Below, in pieces: positions 20,418 to 30,024 of a stretch of 64,000 nucleotides of DNA. Every line of letters begins with the position of its first letter. The stretch's first letter is position 1. The notes below the pieces were generated by a model, which saw nothing but the letters and a program-made list of their open reading frames with translations, was not told the DNA's origin and did no database searches. The stretch is from Candidatus Babeliales bacterium (GTDB lineage Bacteria; Babelota; Babeliae; Babelales; Chromulinivoraceae). The DNA lies in assembly GCA_041660205.1 (NCBI GenBank), contig JBAZWT010000003.1:7948-71947 (forward strand). The letters are read 5' to 3'. The position numbers and the translations under genes were made by a program.

Positions 20418-21254
20418 TTACAAAATTAAACTTAAAATGATTGGAATCATCATGTAAAAAGCAAAATAATACAATTTATTTTTTTGTATCAAACTACCAA
20501 CCAGGCACAACAATCCGTAACTTAACAAACTTGCAATCACCATAACAAGAAGAGCTTTGAAAGAAAATAGTTTTATCATAAGTTCTGGATATTTTTGCAC
20601 AGCAATCAGACCTTTTATAAAACCAGCACCAATTAAAGGAAGCTGAATTAAAAATGATAGAGCAAACGATGTCGAAGCGTCATACCTACACAAAAGTCTT
20701 CCAGCGCCATACGTTGACGCAAATCGAGAAATTCCGGGCAGCAAACTTATGGCTTGCGCGCATCCTATTATAACTGCATCTTTAAAGGACCAATTCACAG
20801 ATCTTGTCACAGACGCTCGTGAGGAGCTGTATAAAATAATTGCAGTGAACATAAACCCAACTGGTAAAAAATAATGTGTTATAAAAAAAGACTGAGCAAT
20901 TCCTGACCACCAAAAAATAACGGTGATAAAATCAGCAATACCAATAAAGATTAAAGGAGCAGCCAAAGATTGCCACGTACTCTTTTGTAAAAATATTTTG
21001 AAATCGATAGATCTTTGGCCAAATACCATTTTCCACCATGGCTTAAAAAAATAAACTAGTAAAATCACCATGGTTGGGCCATGAAGTATAAAATCAATCA
21101 CCCAAGATTGCGTAAAAGTGTCTGGGCTGTAGCCATATTTTTCAAATATTTTTTGCACTAAGGTAACATGGCTAGAACTACTTACTGGCAAACTTTCAAT
21201 CATGATTTGCATCAAAATCCACACATAAAGCAACACGGCAAAACCTTTTTTCAC
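20418..21254 (-). CDS. uppP: Undecaprenyl-diphosphatase UppP/BacA
   Basis: Polytopic membrane protein with LPVSSSSHV (PxSSSxH motif) and SLLPGISRFAST (PGxSRSG-like motif). GTG start. Its stop is 9 nt (6 nt if the ftsK TTG at 20411 is used) before the ftsK start. Confidence 0.8.
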   Translation of the reverse strand: MKKGFAVLLYVWILMQIMIESLPVSSSSHVTLVQKIFEKYGYSPDTFTQSWVIDFILHGPTMVILLVYFFKPWWKMVFGQRSIDFKIFLQKSTWQSLAAPLIFIGIADFITVIFWWSGIAQSFFITHYFLPVGFMFTAIILYSSSRASVTRSVNWSFKDAVIIGCAQAISLLPGISRFASTYGAGRLLCRYDASTSFALSFLIQLPLIGAGFIKGLIAVQKYPELMIKLFSFKALLVMVIASLLSYGLLCLVGSLIQKNKLYYFAFYMMIPIILSLIL

Positions 21255-21347
21255 ACAAACGTTTTATTTATTTTATCAGATAAAAAAAGATAACAATTTT
21301 TAGATGCTGAGTACATGAAATGATAAAAATAATCATAACCAAATGCT

Positions 21348-21376
21348 TTGCACCTTTAATTTTCAAGTGCTATGAT
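21348..21376 (+). promoter_or_regulatory. Candidate sigma70-type promoter of OMP paralog 1 (TTGCAC-N17-TATGAT)
   Basis: It lies inside a block of about 45 nt that is conserved upstream of both OMP paralogs (tttcaagtgYtatgatRgWgccga). Confidence 0.5.
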
Positions 21377-21414
21377 AGAGCCGATTTATGTAACCAACAA
21401 TAAAAAGGATTCAT

Positions 21415-23070
21415 ATGAAGCAAAACTTAAAGCGATTTTTAATTCTATCCGGATTACTGTGTTCAATACTAACTGAACCAAAAGAAAAACCATGCGACAC
21501 ACCATGTCCAACGGGTTGCACTCAAAGTCAAAACCTTTTGCAACCTCACGCATTTGGTACCAGCATGTCACGCGAAACTATTTTAGAAAAACAAGCTTGG
21601 GCTTCTGCTGATTACCGAGAAGACTGGTTTGGTACGTTTGGCGTTGGTGTTGATTTTCAAACAAATAGAAGTGGCAAAAACTGTTCGTGCGAGCCTGTAG
21701 CGTGTTGTAAAAGTTTAGGGTCTATGCCTTTCTGGGCATCACAAAATGGTGAACCATTTTTCAGCAATCAAATGACTCTTGGTAGCAACAAAAGTGGAAG
21801 CGACCTAGACGTATACCAAATGGGTATGGGTCCTGTCACAACAACTGGTACCATTACACTTAACCCTGTTATCTATCAAGCCGGCGCAGACTTTTTACTG
21901 TACCTCGGGAGTCAACGTGATGAGCGTGGTTGGTGGATGAAACTGAAAGCACCAATTGGTGTCACAGCTCTTAATCCACTGCTTTCATACGCTACATCTT
22001 TAGAGTCAGTAGCGTATCCAATTGGTACTCTTGCTGCAACCACAGAAACAGCTGCTCCATTTGCTAACATTGCAGATGCTTTTGCAAGTGACACATCGAC
22101 AGGATTTTTACAACAAATGGTCTTCGGTCGCATCGATTGCAAACGTATTTCTCAGGCTCACTTTGGAGATTTGGAATTTGCTTTTGGTTACAATGTCATA
22201 GCTGATGAAAAAAAACATCTTGGTATCGGCGCGCGAGTATGCTTTCCAACTGGAAACAAAGCTGATGGTATTGATATCCTTCAGCCAATTTTTGGCCGCA
22301 ATGGTCATGGTGGTATTGGCGGAGAATTGATTGGTCATTGGGATTTTTGGCAGTGTGACACTGATGACACGTACGCTGCCCTGTGGTTTGACGGTATGGC
22401 AATGCACCTTTTCAAATCAAATCATATTCGTTCATTTGATTTAACCGCAAACGGACTTGGTTCTAAATATCTACTCGTTGCTAAATATTCAGGAAACGTT
22501 TTTCAAAACTCAATTCAAAACGCAGTAAACATTACCACCATTGAAATAGGTTCAACGTTTGCTGTTGAAGGAAACTTTGCACTTGGCTTTGATTTCCATC
22601 ACAGAAACTGGAGCTTTATGGTTGGCTATGAAGGCTGGGGCAGATCGTGTGAAAAATTAAGCATTGATTGCACAATTCCAGGAGCAATTGATTATAATCA
22701 ATATGCAGTTTTAGGTCGCCAATCTCCATACACATCACTTGGTGCAACGCTTGATCTTTGCGAGCCTTTAGCAAAAATTGGCAAATCTCTAGACCGAGTA
22801 GAGGTCGTGCCAGCACCATCAACAGGAATTGTTCTCGCAACAAATGCATCAAATCGATTACCTCAAGACGGCAATGATGTTTTAAACATAGACGCTCAAC
22901 GTGCCCATGCTGCTTACACAAGCAAACCCTTTGGACAAATTCAATATACATGGAAAGATTATTGCTACATTCCATACGTTGGAGTTTCCGGTGGGTATGA
23001 ATTCACCCATCTGAAAAATTCAGCTGTCAATCTCTGGAATATTAGCGTTCAAGGCGGAATTACCTTCTAA
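21415..23070 (+). CDS. Cys-rich outer-membrane beta-barrel protein candidate (porin/MOMP-like), paralog 1
   Basis: Signal peptide, an N-terminal Cys cluster (CPTGCT, CSCEPVACCKSLGS), and a C-terminal beta-signal ending GGITF. Clear paralog of 24542-26263. Confidence 0.65.
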   Translation: MKQNLKRFLILSGLLCSILTEPKEKPCDTPCPTGCTQSQNLLQPHAFGTSMSRETILEKQAWASADYREDWFGTFGVGVDFQTNRSGKNCSCEPVACCKSLGSMPFWASQNGEPFFSNQMTLGSNKSGSDLDVYQMGMGPVTTTGTITLNPVIYQAGADFLLYLGSQRDERGWWMKLKAPIGVTALNPLLSYATSLESVAYPIGTLAATTETAAPFANIADAFASDTSTGFLQQMVFGRIDCKRISQAHFGDLEFAFGYNVIADEKKHLGIGARVCFPTGNKADGIDILQPIFGRNGHGGIGGELIGHWDFWQCDTDDTYAALWFDGMAMHLFKSNHIRSFDLTANGLGSKYLLVAKYSGNVFQNSIQNAVNITTIEIGSTFAVEGNFALGFDFHHRNWSFMVGYEGWGRSCEKLSIDCTIPGAIDYNQYAVLGRQSPYTSLGATLDLCEPLAKIGKSLDRVEVVPAPSTGIVLATNASNRLPQDGNDVLNIDAQRAHAAYTSKPFGQIQYTWKDYCYIPYVGVSGGYEFTHLKNSAVNLWNISVQGGITF

Positions 23071-23087
23071 AAAATAGATTTTTATGC

Positions 23088-23126
23088 AAAAAGGATTCTT
23101 GTTTTTAAACAAGAATCCTTTTTTGT
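23088..23126. terminator. Bidirectional rho-independent terminator
   Basis: Stem aaggattcttg / caagaatcctt flanked by an A-run and a T-run, between convergent genes. Confidence 0.75.
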
Positions 23127-23151
23127 GTTTTTTAGTTCTTTAAGCCATAGG

Positions 23152-23649
23152 TCATACATTTGATGATCTTGAACCAAGCGGGCAGTGTGGTAACTGTGTA
23201 TGGTTATCATATTCCCAAGGAACCCTGTCAGGTAGTGAGTTTGATGAAACTTTTTTTTCTATAACTTTTTGCTCTGCCTTACGTTTTTGCTCTGCCTTAC
23301 GTTCTTGCTCTGCTTTATGTTCTTGCTCAGCTTTACGTTCTTTTTGCATCAATGAAAGTTCTTCTTGCACTTTTAGTAAACTAGCTTTCGTTAATTTAAT
23401 TTCTTCTTGAACTTCACGCATTTCTTGTTGAGAGACACTAGGTTCTTGCTGAGTTTCTAAAGTATTTTTTTGCACTTCTGCGTTATCTTCTTTAATCCAT
23501 TCTATTAAAGGCAATTCTTTTGAACGCTTAGGAGGTTCATCTTTGCAGCAACTAAAAAATGGCATAAGTAGTTGGCTACTTGAAATGCAAAAAAACAGAC
23601 TAAGTATTATATGTTTTTTTACAATTTCAGTTTTAAAAAAAGAATTCAT
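23152..23649 (-). CDS. Exported/anchored hypothetical protein with a KAEQ(E/K)(R/H) repeat tract
   Basis: I placed the start at ATG 23649, 7 nt after GGAGGG. Hydrophobic N-terminus. Repeat tract ERKAEQEHKAEQERKAEQKRKAEQ. Confidence 0.5.
   Translation of the reverse strand: MNSFFKTEIVKKHIILSLFFCISSSQLLMPFFSCCKDEPPKRSKELPLIEWIKEDNAEVQKNTLETQQEPSVSQQEMREVQEEIKLTKASLLKVQEELSLMQKERKAEQEHKAEQERKAEQKRKAEQKVIEKKVSSNSLPDRVPWEYDNHTQLPHCPLGSRSSNV
23269..23340. repeat. Four tandem 18-bp units inside the CDS (ttgctctgccttacgttY and variants)
   Basis: I counted the units directly: 23269-86, 23287-304, 23305-22 and 23323-40. Confidence 0.85.
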
Positions 23650-23818
23650 ACCCATACCCTCCAGCATTATTTCCACAAAAACTCAAATCTTTAGTTTAAG
23701 CTTAAACTTTCTATTGGGTTAAAATCAATGGTTGCATAATCTATTGTTTTTAGGCATACCTAAAAAATAATCTGTATACGACGTAAATTTGATACGATTT
23801 AAAAAATAATAGAAAAAA

Positions 23819-24088
23819 ATGAAAGAAAAATTTTTGCTTTATTACAAACACTATATGTACGTAATAGGCTTTGTAGGGCAGTTAGTTTTTGTATTTCAAG
23901 CAAATAGAATTTGGCAAACAGGATGCAGCTCTGACGTTTCACTTTTAGGTTTTTTAAGTGCTTTTATTTCAACATGTAGCTGGTCTTTTTATGGATATTT
24001 AATTGGAAATCCAATTTTAATGAGAGCCAATGCATTTGGTGCCATTGCCGGATCAGTGTGCTTAGCAATGATATTTATCTATAGCTAA
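23819..24088 (+). CDS. SemiSWEET-like (PQ-loop/MtN3 half-transporter) three-TM membrane protein
   Basis: 89 aa with three hydrophobic helices. VFQANRIW, then SLLGF..AFISTCSWSFYGYLIGNP and NAFGAIAG, match the SemiSWEET pattern. Confidence 0.55.
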   Translation: MKEKFLLYYKHYMYVIGFVGQLVFVFQANRIWQTGCSSDVSLLGFLSAFISTCSWSFYGYLIGNPILMRANAFGAIAGSVCLAMIFIYS

Positions 24089-24110
24089 AATACCTATAAA
24101 AACATTAATA

Positions 24111-24154
24111 AAAACGGCCTTTTTAGAATTTTTTTCTAAAAAGGCCGTTTTTTC
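24111..24154 (+). terminator. Rho-independent terminator
   Basis: 18-bp stem aaaacggcctttttagaa / ttctaaaaaggccgtttt with a T-run. Confidence 0.8.
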
Positions 24155-24335
24155 GTGCACCAAATACCCAAGTTATAAACTTATCAAACAGACCGAAACG
24201 CAGATGCATTCAAAATCCGTCTCTTGTTTTTCTAAAAAAATCTTTTTTAACAAATTTATAAAAATAAAAAAGCCTATTAATACACACTTTATAAAGCAAA
24301 ATATCATCGATCATCAGGCCAGATCGACAAAGTAC

Positions 24336-24365
24336 TTTACAAGTTTAAATTTCAAGTGTTATGAT
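24336..24365 (+). promoter_or_regulatory. Candidate promoter of OMP paralog 2 (TTTACA-N18-TATGAT), about 175 nt upstream of the ATG
   Basis: Same conserved block as at 21348-21376. It implies a long 5' leader for paralog 2. Confidence 0.45.
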
Positions 24366-24541
24366 GGTGCCGAATTTAAAGTCAAAAAAAATAAACTTGA
24401 AAATTCACTAAAAAAGTTAAAGAAGAAGTAGATGAAAGGAGGATTTCGGAGAGTAAATAAAGAATACATGCTTTAAATCTCACAACAAAGAGTCTCAAAA
24501 AAAGTATTTCAAAAATATTTTTATATCATTAAAGGAGTCCT

Positions 24542-26263
24542 ATGAATCAAAACTTAAAGCGGTTTTTTTCAATTGCCGCATTACTTTGTTCAGTAACAAT
24601 CGCGGCACAAGAAACATCAACAGCTATCACTTGTAACAGAGTTGATAACTCTGAATGCCAAGGTTGTCCTACTGGCTGCACAAACAGCCAAAACCTTTGG
24701 CAGCCTCATGCTTTCTCAGTAAGCGCTGCTCGTAACATTATGCTTGAAAAAAATGCTTGGGCGCCTATGGATGACGAAGAAAGCTGGCATGGTACATTCG
24801 GTGTTGGTTTCGAATATCAATCAAACCAAAGCCGTAACAACTGTTGTGCCGAAGTTTCTTCTTGCTGCAAAAGCTTAGGTTCTGTACCTTTCTGGTCATC
24901 GCAGCACATTGTAGCTTCAGGTGATATCGCAGCAAACACTGACGCAACATACAGCAACCAAATGACACTTGGTGATAACAGCGGTTCTTATGACCTTGAC
25001 GTATACCAAATGGGTATGGGTCCTGTCACAACAAACGGAACTGTTCAACTTGATCCACGAGTGTACCAAACAGGTGCTGATTTCTTAGTATACTTTGGAG
25101 CTCATCGCTCAGAACGTGGTTTCTGGTTAAGAGCGCATGCACCAGTTGGTGTTATCAGCATTAACCCAGTTTTAACATATTCTAATGAAGATTTAACTTC
25201 AGTAGATTATCCTGCTGGTGCCTTAGGAACTATTGCTGCTGGTGATATCGCTGCTCCATACGAAAACATTGCACAAGCTTTTAATGGTCAAGAAGAAGCT
25301 GGATTCTTGAAAAAGATGCAAAAAGGTCGTATCGGAGATTGCGCACGTACATCGTCTGCACAATTCGGTGACTTAGAAGCTTCTTTTGGTTACAACGTTT
25401 ATGCTGATGAGTGCAAACACCTTGGCATAGCTGTTACTTTCAGTGCTCCAACAGGAAACAAAGCTGATGGTACTTATGTTCTAGAACCAATCTTTGGCCG
25501 TAACGGTCACTGGGGTGCTGGGGGATCTATCCTTGGTCACTGGAGAGCATGGGAATCAGACACAGATGAAAAACATTTTGATCTATGGTTAGATGGTACA
25601 GCAATGCACCTTTTCAGATCTAAACATTGCCGTTCATTTGACTTAGCAAACGGAGCTGGTTCTAAATACCTACTCGTTGCTAAATATGCAGGAACGACTT
25701 TCCAAAACTCAATCCAAAACGCAGTTAATATCACTACAATTGGAATAGAATCAACTTTTGCAGTTGAAGGAAACTTCGCTCTTGGTTTTGATTTCCACTG
25801 GTGTAACTGGAGCTTTATGGTTGGTTATGAAGGCTGGGGCAGATCATGTGAAAAAATATGCCTTGATTGCTCATGCCCAGGATCAACAGACTTTAGTGAA
25901 TATGCTGTTCTAGGTCGTCAAACACCGTATAGCCTTCAAGGATCACTCATAAACCTTGCAGAGCCATGTGCAACAATTGGTAAATCTTTACCTAGAGCTG
26001 AGCGTGCAAATGATACAACAATTGTTGACGCGACAAACGTATCAAATCGTCTTCCTGAAGATGCACTTGATGCGTTGAACATACAAGGTCAACGTGCTCA
26101 TGCTGATTACACAAGCAAACCATTTGCACAAGTTCAACACACTTGGACAGATTCAGACTACAGCCCATATCTAGCAATTTCAGGCGGTTATGAATTTACA
26201 CATTTGAAAAATTCAGCTGTAAACCTCTGGAATGTTGGTCTTCAAGGCGGAATTGCATTCTAA
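24542..26263 (+). CDS. Cys-rich outer-membrane beta-barrel protein candidate (porin/MOMP-like), paralog 2
   Basis: Signal peptide, Cys cluster (CQGCPTGCT, NNCCAEVSSCCKSLGS), and a C-terminal GGIAF. It shares long identical runs with paralog 1 (DLDVYQMGMGPVTT, FQNSIQNAVNITTI, NWSFMVGYEGWGRSCEK, GGYEFTHLKNSAVNLWN). Confidence 0.65.
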   Translation: MNQNLKRFFSIAALLCSVTIAAQETSTAITCNRVDNSECQGCPTGCTNSQNLWQPHAFSVSAARNIMLEKNAWAPMDDEESWHGTFGVGFEYQSNQSRNNCCAEVSSCCKSLGSVPFWSSQHIVASGDIAANTDATYSNQMTLGDNSGSYDLDVYQMGMGPVTTNGTVQLDPRVYQTGADFLVYFGAHRSERGFWLRAHAPVGVISINPVLTYSNEDLTSVDYPAGALGTIAAGDIAAPYENIAQAFNGQEEAGFLKKMQKGRIGDCARTSSAQFGDLEASFGYNVYADECKHLGIAVTFSAPTGNKADGTYVLEPIFGRNGHWGAGGSILGHWRAWESDTDEKHFDLWLDGTAMHLFRSKHCRSFDLANGAGSKYLLVAKYAGTTFQNSIQNAVNITTIGIESTFAVEGNFALGFDFHWCNWSFMVGYEGWGRSCEKICLDCSCPGSTDFSEYAVLGRQTPYSLQGSLINLAEPCATIGKSLPRAERANDTTIVDATNVSNRLPEDALDALNIQGQRAHADYTSKPFAQVQHTWTDSDYSPYLAISGGYEFTHLKNSAVNLWNVGLQGGIAF

Positions 26264-26332
26264 TACATGCTTTCTAGTCTCATATTAGTTGTTTAAATAA
26301 TAAAATTAAACGCTAAGAGTTAAAACAAGTAC

Positions 26333-26371
26333 CACCCGTCAGAAATTTTTTTCTGACGGGTGATTTTTTTT
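26333..26371 (+). terminator. Rho-independent terminator
   Basis: Stem cacccgtcagaa / ttctgacgggtg followed by a T-run. Confidence 0.8.
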
Positions 26372-26393
26372 ACATACGTTTTTTATTGATACT

Positions 26394-26993
26394 TTATGAT
26401 TTTTTATCTATTGCAAATTGTGTAGCTGCAACCGCAGAACATACAATTGGCATTGTCATAATTGGTGATACCATAATTGGAGTTTTCATAGATTCTTGAA
26501 AACGAGGAGTTGGTACCGGTACTGCTGTACCTGATCTTGATTGCGGAAAAGAATTATTTTTTGATGATTCCGCTATACCAGAAGGAGAAGCATTTCTACT
26601 TTGAGAAGATACTGCGACTTGATTTATATTTTTTTGCTCTTCATTTTTAAGCCATATTGCATCAAGATCCGTACGCTTTCTTAACTGAGCAAAGCGTAAA
26701 AGGTCCCATTCAGCTGCTGTTCTCTCAACTGTAGGTACATCCATATCGGAACCATCAGTATCAGAGCCATCAATATCAATCTCATCAACATCAGAACCAT
26801 CAATGTCGGAACCATCTTCTACTTTTATAAAATTTTCTAATTTAAATGGTGCTTCCGCTGTTTTCTTAGGATCTAAATCAAACAAAGCACAACTCGAACG
26901 TGTCCTTTTCAGTCTACCAAACTGATCATCTAATGAACTTAGTACAATCGAATCGTAGGCACATAATAAAAATATGGCTATAAGCTTTTTCAT
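26394..26993 (-). CDS. Exported hypothetical protein with an acidic GSD(I/V/T/M)D repeat tract
   Basis: Signal-like N-terminus. Tract DGSDIDGSDVDEIDIDGSDTDGSDMD. Hydrophobic C-terminus. Confidence 0.5.
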   Translation of the reverse strand: MKKLIAIFLLCAYDSIVLSSLDDQFGRLKRTRSSCALFDLDPKKTAEAPFKLENFIKVEDGSDIDGSDVDEIDIDGSDTDGSDMDVPTVERTAAEWDLLRFAQLRKRTDLDAIWLKNEEQKNINQVAVSSQSRNASPSGIAESSKNNSFPQSRSGTAVPVPTPRFQESMKTPIMVSPIMTMPIVCSAVAATQFAIDKKS

Positions 26994-27101
26994 AAAGTGA
27001 CCCTTTGTTTTTGTTGAAACATATATATTTTAGATTAACGTATCTTATAAAAATGTCACATGAAACATAAAGTTTTATATGAAAAAAGTCAGCTTAAAAG
27101 C

Positions 27102-27135
27102 AAAAAATGCACCTTTATTCAAAGGCGCATTTTTT
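27102..27135. terminator. Rho-independent terminator downstream of htrA (symmetrical A/T flanks)
   Basis: Stem tgcaccttt / aaaggcgca with one mismatch, flanked by an A-run and a T-run. Confidence 0.55.
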
Positions 27136-27168
27136 GAAAATCAATATAATTTTTCACACAGAGACGAG

Positions 27169-28803
27169 TTATTTTTTAGCCTTCTCTTCTTCCTTTTTCA
27201 TTAACTGCTCCATGCCTGATGTCACAGGGTAACCAAACGTTTGCGAAAGATTACGTTCAGCTTTTAATACTTTCTCTTTTGACAAAGCAATTAAAAGATT
27301 ATCAGTTGTTTCAATCGTAATTATATCGCCAGATTTCAATAATGCATTTCTGAGATCTTGCAAAGTTTTAACATCTTGACCGTTTACTTTTTTCAGCACT
27401 GAACCAACAATGCGCAGTCGTGCTCGATGTGCTGGAGAATCAGGCATCACGTGCGTCACCACTAAAACAGATTCGCCCTGCATTTTATCTTCACCGTATT
27501 TTGCAAGCGTTGGCATCACCGGAAGTAAATGAGGCAAATGATTTAAAATCAACGGCATAACCACATAGCCACCAAAAGCTTCATAGGGCAACTCTTCATA
27601 CGCTGTAAACACTTGTCGAATCGGTATTAATTTTTTGCGATCAAGTGTGCATGAAAAATTCTTTTTTGTACCTTTGCGATACACAACCAGAGAAACTTTA
27701 TGGCCAACCGGCAGACGAGCAACATACTCTGCTGTTGAAACCTTATCTTCACTCCACGGCACAACCATCTCACCATACAAATCAACCGGTACACCATTAA
27801 TTTCATAGATCATATCGCCAGGCTTGAGTTGTCCATACAAAGGACTATCCGTTAACACATCAACAATGTACGTACCACCAGGAAGTGGATTTCCTAAAGC
27901 TTTTAACAAATCCTCTGTAGCCATAGATTGATACACGCCAATGTATGGTTTGCGGACTAACCCGCCTGCTCGTAAGTCTTTTAAGAAAATTTTGACGTCC
28001 TTAATAGGAATAATGTACCCAACGTTTTGCGCCGTAACGATACCAGCAGTGTTAATCCCTATCACATGCCCAAAGCAATCAAGTGATGGACCACCAGAGC
28101 TTCCAGGGTTGATAGGAGCACTCATTTGAATCATTCCAGATTCACGACCACTTATCACCCCTGTTGTACTTTTAAGTGATTGCTGACCTAACGGATATCC
28201 AAGTGCTATAATTTCTTGAGAACGCATGACATTATCAGAATCGCCCAACGCCAAACAAGGCACTTTCCCTAGAGTGGTTTTAATTAATTCTATGTCATCC
28301 GGTCGTAATTTTACGAGAGCAAAATCTTTTTCAGGCATGATTCCAACAAAATCTACTTCGAATTGATGTTTTCCAAACGCAGGCATTTGCACCATGATAG
28401 ACGTTGCACCGTTGACCACATGTGCATTGGTAATAATTTCACCCTCTTCACTCATTATAAACCCAGATCCGCTGCATTGACCCGGCTGAGGAACTTTATA
28501 CGGTTGCAATACGTTCTGCTCAGCATTGGTCACCATAAGCTGAACAACAGTGTTTTGTACACCTTTTTGAAGCTTTAACCACAGCTGAGAAGAAGCTGCA
28601 GTTTTACATGCATCATTTAAAGAATTTGTAGTTGAATTTTCTGGATTTTTTACCAAACCATCTTGAGCATTGATTGTTTCTTGAAGCGAATTGATCGACT
28701 TTTCAATATGGGCAAAATGTACGTATGTTGTATGGAAAAAATATCCAATGATACAACACAGCACGATCATGCTAAGACTTAAAATACCATCTAACACCTT
28801 CAT
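27169..28803 (-). CDS. htrA: HtrA/DegP-family serine protease with two PDZ-like domains and an N-terminal membrane anchor
   Basis: Catalytic triad contexts ITNAHVV, DFALVKL and NPGSSGGPSL. The long C-terminal part is consistent with PDZ domains. Confidence 0.85.
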   Translation of the reverse strand: MKVLDGILSLSMIVLCCIIGYFFHTTYVHFAHIEKSINSLQETINAQDGLVKNPENSTTNSLNDACKTAASSQLWLKLQKGVQNTVVQLMVTNAEQNVLQPYKVPQPGQCSGSGFIMSEEGEIITNAHVVNGATSIMVQMPAFGKHQFEVDFVGIMPEKDFALVKLRPDDIELIKTTLGKVPCLALGDSDNVMRSQEIIALGYPLGQQSLKSTTGVISGRESGMIQMSAPINPGSSGGPSLDCFGHVIGINTAGIVTAQNVGYIIPIKDVKIFLKDLRAGGLVRKPYIGVYQSMATEDLLKALGNPLPGGTYIVDVLTDSPLYGQLKPGDMIYEINGVPVDLYGEMVVPWSEDKVSTAEYVARLPVGHKVSLVVYRKGTKKNFSCTLDRKKLIPIRQVFTAYEELPYEAFGGYVVMPLILNHLPHLLPVMPTLAKYGEDKMQGESVLVVTHVMPDSPAHRARLRIVGSVLKKVNGQDVKTLQDLRNALLKSGDIITIETTDNLLIALSKEKVLKAERNLSQTFGYPVTSGMEQLMKKEEEKAKK

Positions 28804-28992
28804 ACGATTTCTCCTGTTTTTTCATATGTTTATGATACTTATTTATAGAAGCTGAGTCTAAATAAAACCAAAAAAATAACCAGTGAATTTATCACTGGTT
28901 ATTTCAATCAATTCATCACATTGATATATCAATAATTATATCGATATACCATTACTATGAAGCTTACCACCATGTCAACAATGCTTTCTTCG

Positions 28993-29778
28993 CTAAGTTG
29001 TCCAAATTGGTTTTGAATCATTCTCTTTAATAATTCTCCTGACTCCTCCTGTTGGCGCTGGCCCTTGCTGCTTCAATTGTTTTTTTAATTCTTCATCTTT
29101 CATTTCTTGTGCTACTTTTTGTTGTACTTTTTTATATGCCTTAACAGAATTTTGCTCCGATGCTTCCCAAAATTTAGCCATTTCTTCTTCTGTCATGTTT
29201 TCTTCTTTTTGCTGCTGAAATTGTCGTCGTTTTTTAGCTTGCTCATTCATTTTTTTACGTTTTGCAAGCCTAGCATCTAAATCAATCTCTGAAATTTGTC
29301 TTTTACTTAATTCTTCATCGCTGTAAGGCGTTGCTTTATGAATTGGACTAAAAGACAGATAATTATCTTGCGCAGCTTTTTGTGGATCCTCAAAGACTCC
29401 CGGCGAAGCAACAGATTTTGCTGCAGATTGTTCATCAGACTCTACAAACGTTGTTGAACTATCATCAAAGTTTACAAATTTTTTATCTTTAAGCCGAACT
29501 CGTTCTTCTTGAGATTTTAAAGCAATAGGAAGATGTTTTACATTCATCCTTTTCATTGATTCTTCGGCAACTATCTGAGCAGGGTCTTGCCATATTCTAC
29601 GAGAATCAACAGTATGATTAAGCCATCTATTCCTTCTTTTTGATTGACGTGTTGCATCAAAAGAAACGATTTTTTCTGGTTGCTCATTTTCAGGATCTAC
29701 GATATCTCCTGGCGCAAACATTACTATTGAGTACATGCTTACAGCAATTCCTAAAAAATAATTAATTCTAGTTTTCAT
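28993..29778 (-). CDS. Exported Lys/Glu-rich hypothetical protein
   Basis: Start at ATG 29778 after an AAGGGG Shine-Dalgarno. Signal-like N-terminus. No family recognised. Confidence 0.5.
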   Translation of the reverse strand: MKTRINYFLGIAVSMYSIVMFAPGDIVDPENEQPEKIVSFDATRQSKRRNRWLNHTVDSRRIWQDPAQIVAEESMKRMNVKHLPIALKSQEERVRLKDKKFVNFDDSSTTFVESDEQSAAKSVASPGVFEDPQKAAQDNYLSFSPIHKATPYSDEELSKRQISEIDLDARLAKRKKMNEQAKKRRQFQQQKEENMTEEEMAKFWEASEQNSVKAYKKVQQKVAQEMKDEELKKQLKQQGPAPTGGVRRIIKENDSKPIWTT

Positions 29779-29955
29779 TTTCACCCCTTTTATAAAAAGA
29801 AATCGATTAAAATCAGTAAACCAAAGTCACAGTACAAATAACAAGAGTCATACTTAAAAAGTATCACAGCCAACAAGATCGATCAATGCACTCATAATAT
29901 AAAGTTTTGGAGAGGTGTTTATTAATGTAAGTAAAAGCAAAATATTTTGAAAACA

Positions 29956-29983
29956 TTTACAAATCGGTTGCTCATGCTACGAT
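29956..29983 (+). promoter_or_regulatory. Candidate promoter of glyQS (TTTACA-N16-TACGAT)
   Basis: Hexamers and spacing read directly from the sequence. Only a moderate match. Confidence 0.3.
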
Positions 29984-30024
29984 ATGAAAATACGATCTAC
30001 GTAGTATTTAAAGGTAAAATAGAT

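Noticed and set aside
23269-23340. Tandem repeats checked as possible CRISPR arrays (also 35951-35995 and 53861-53908)
   Set aside because: The units are contiguous with no spacers, are only 15-18 bp long, lie in frame inside CDSs, and have no cas genes nearby.
24204-24431. 75-aa Lys-rich ORF upstream of OMP paralog 2
   Set aside because: It spans the conserved promoter block and the AT-rich leader of the OMP gene. It has no Shine-Dalgarno, and its composition reflects A-rich DNA.
29785-30024. T-box riboswitch leader upstream of glyQS
   Set aside because: The 240-nt spacer has no T-box consensus (…GGGTGGTACCGCG…) and no terminator/antiterminator pair. Only a plausible promoter is visible.
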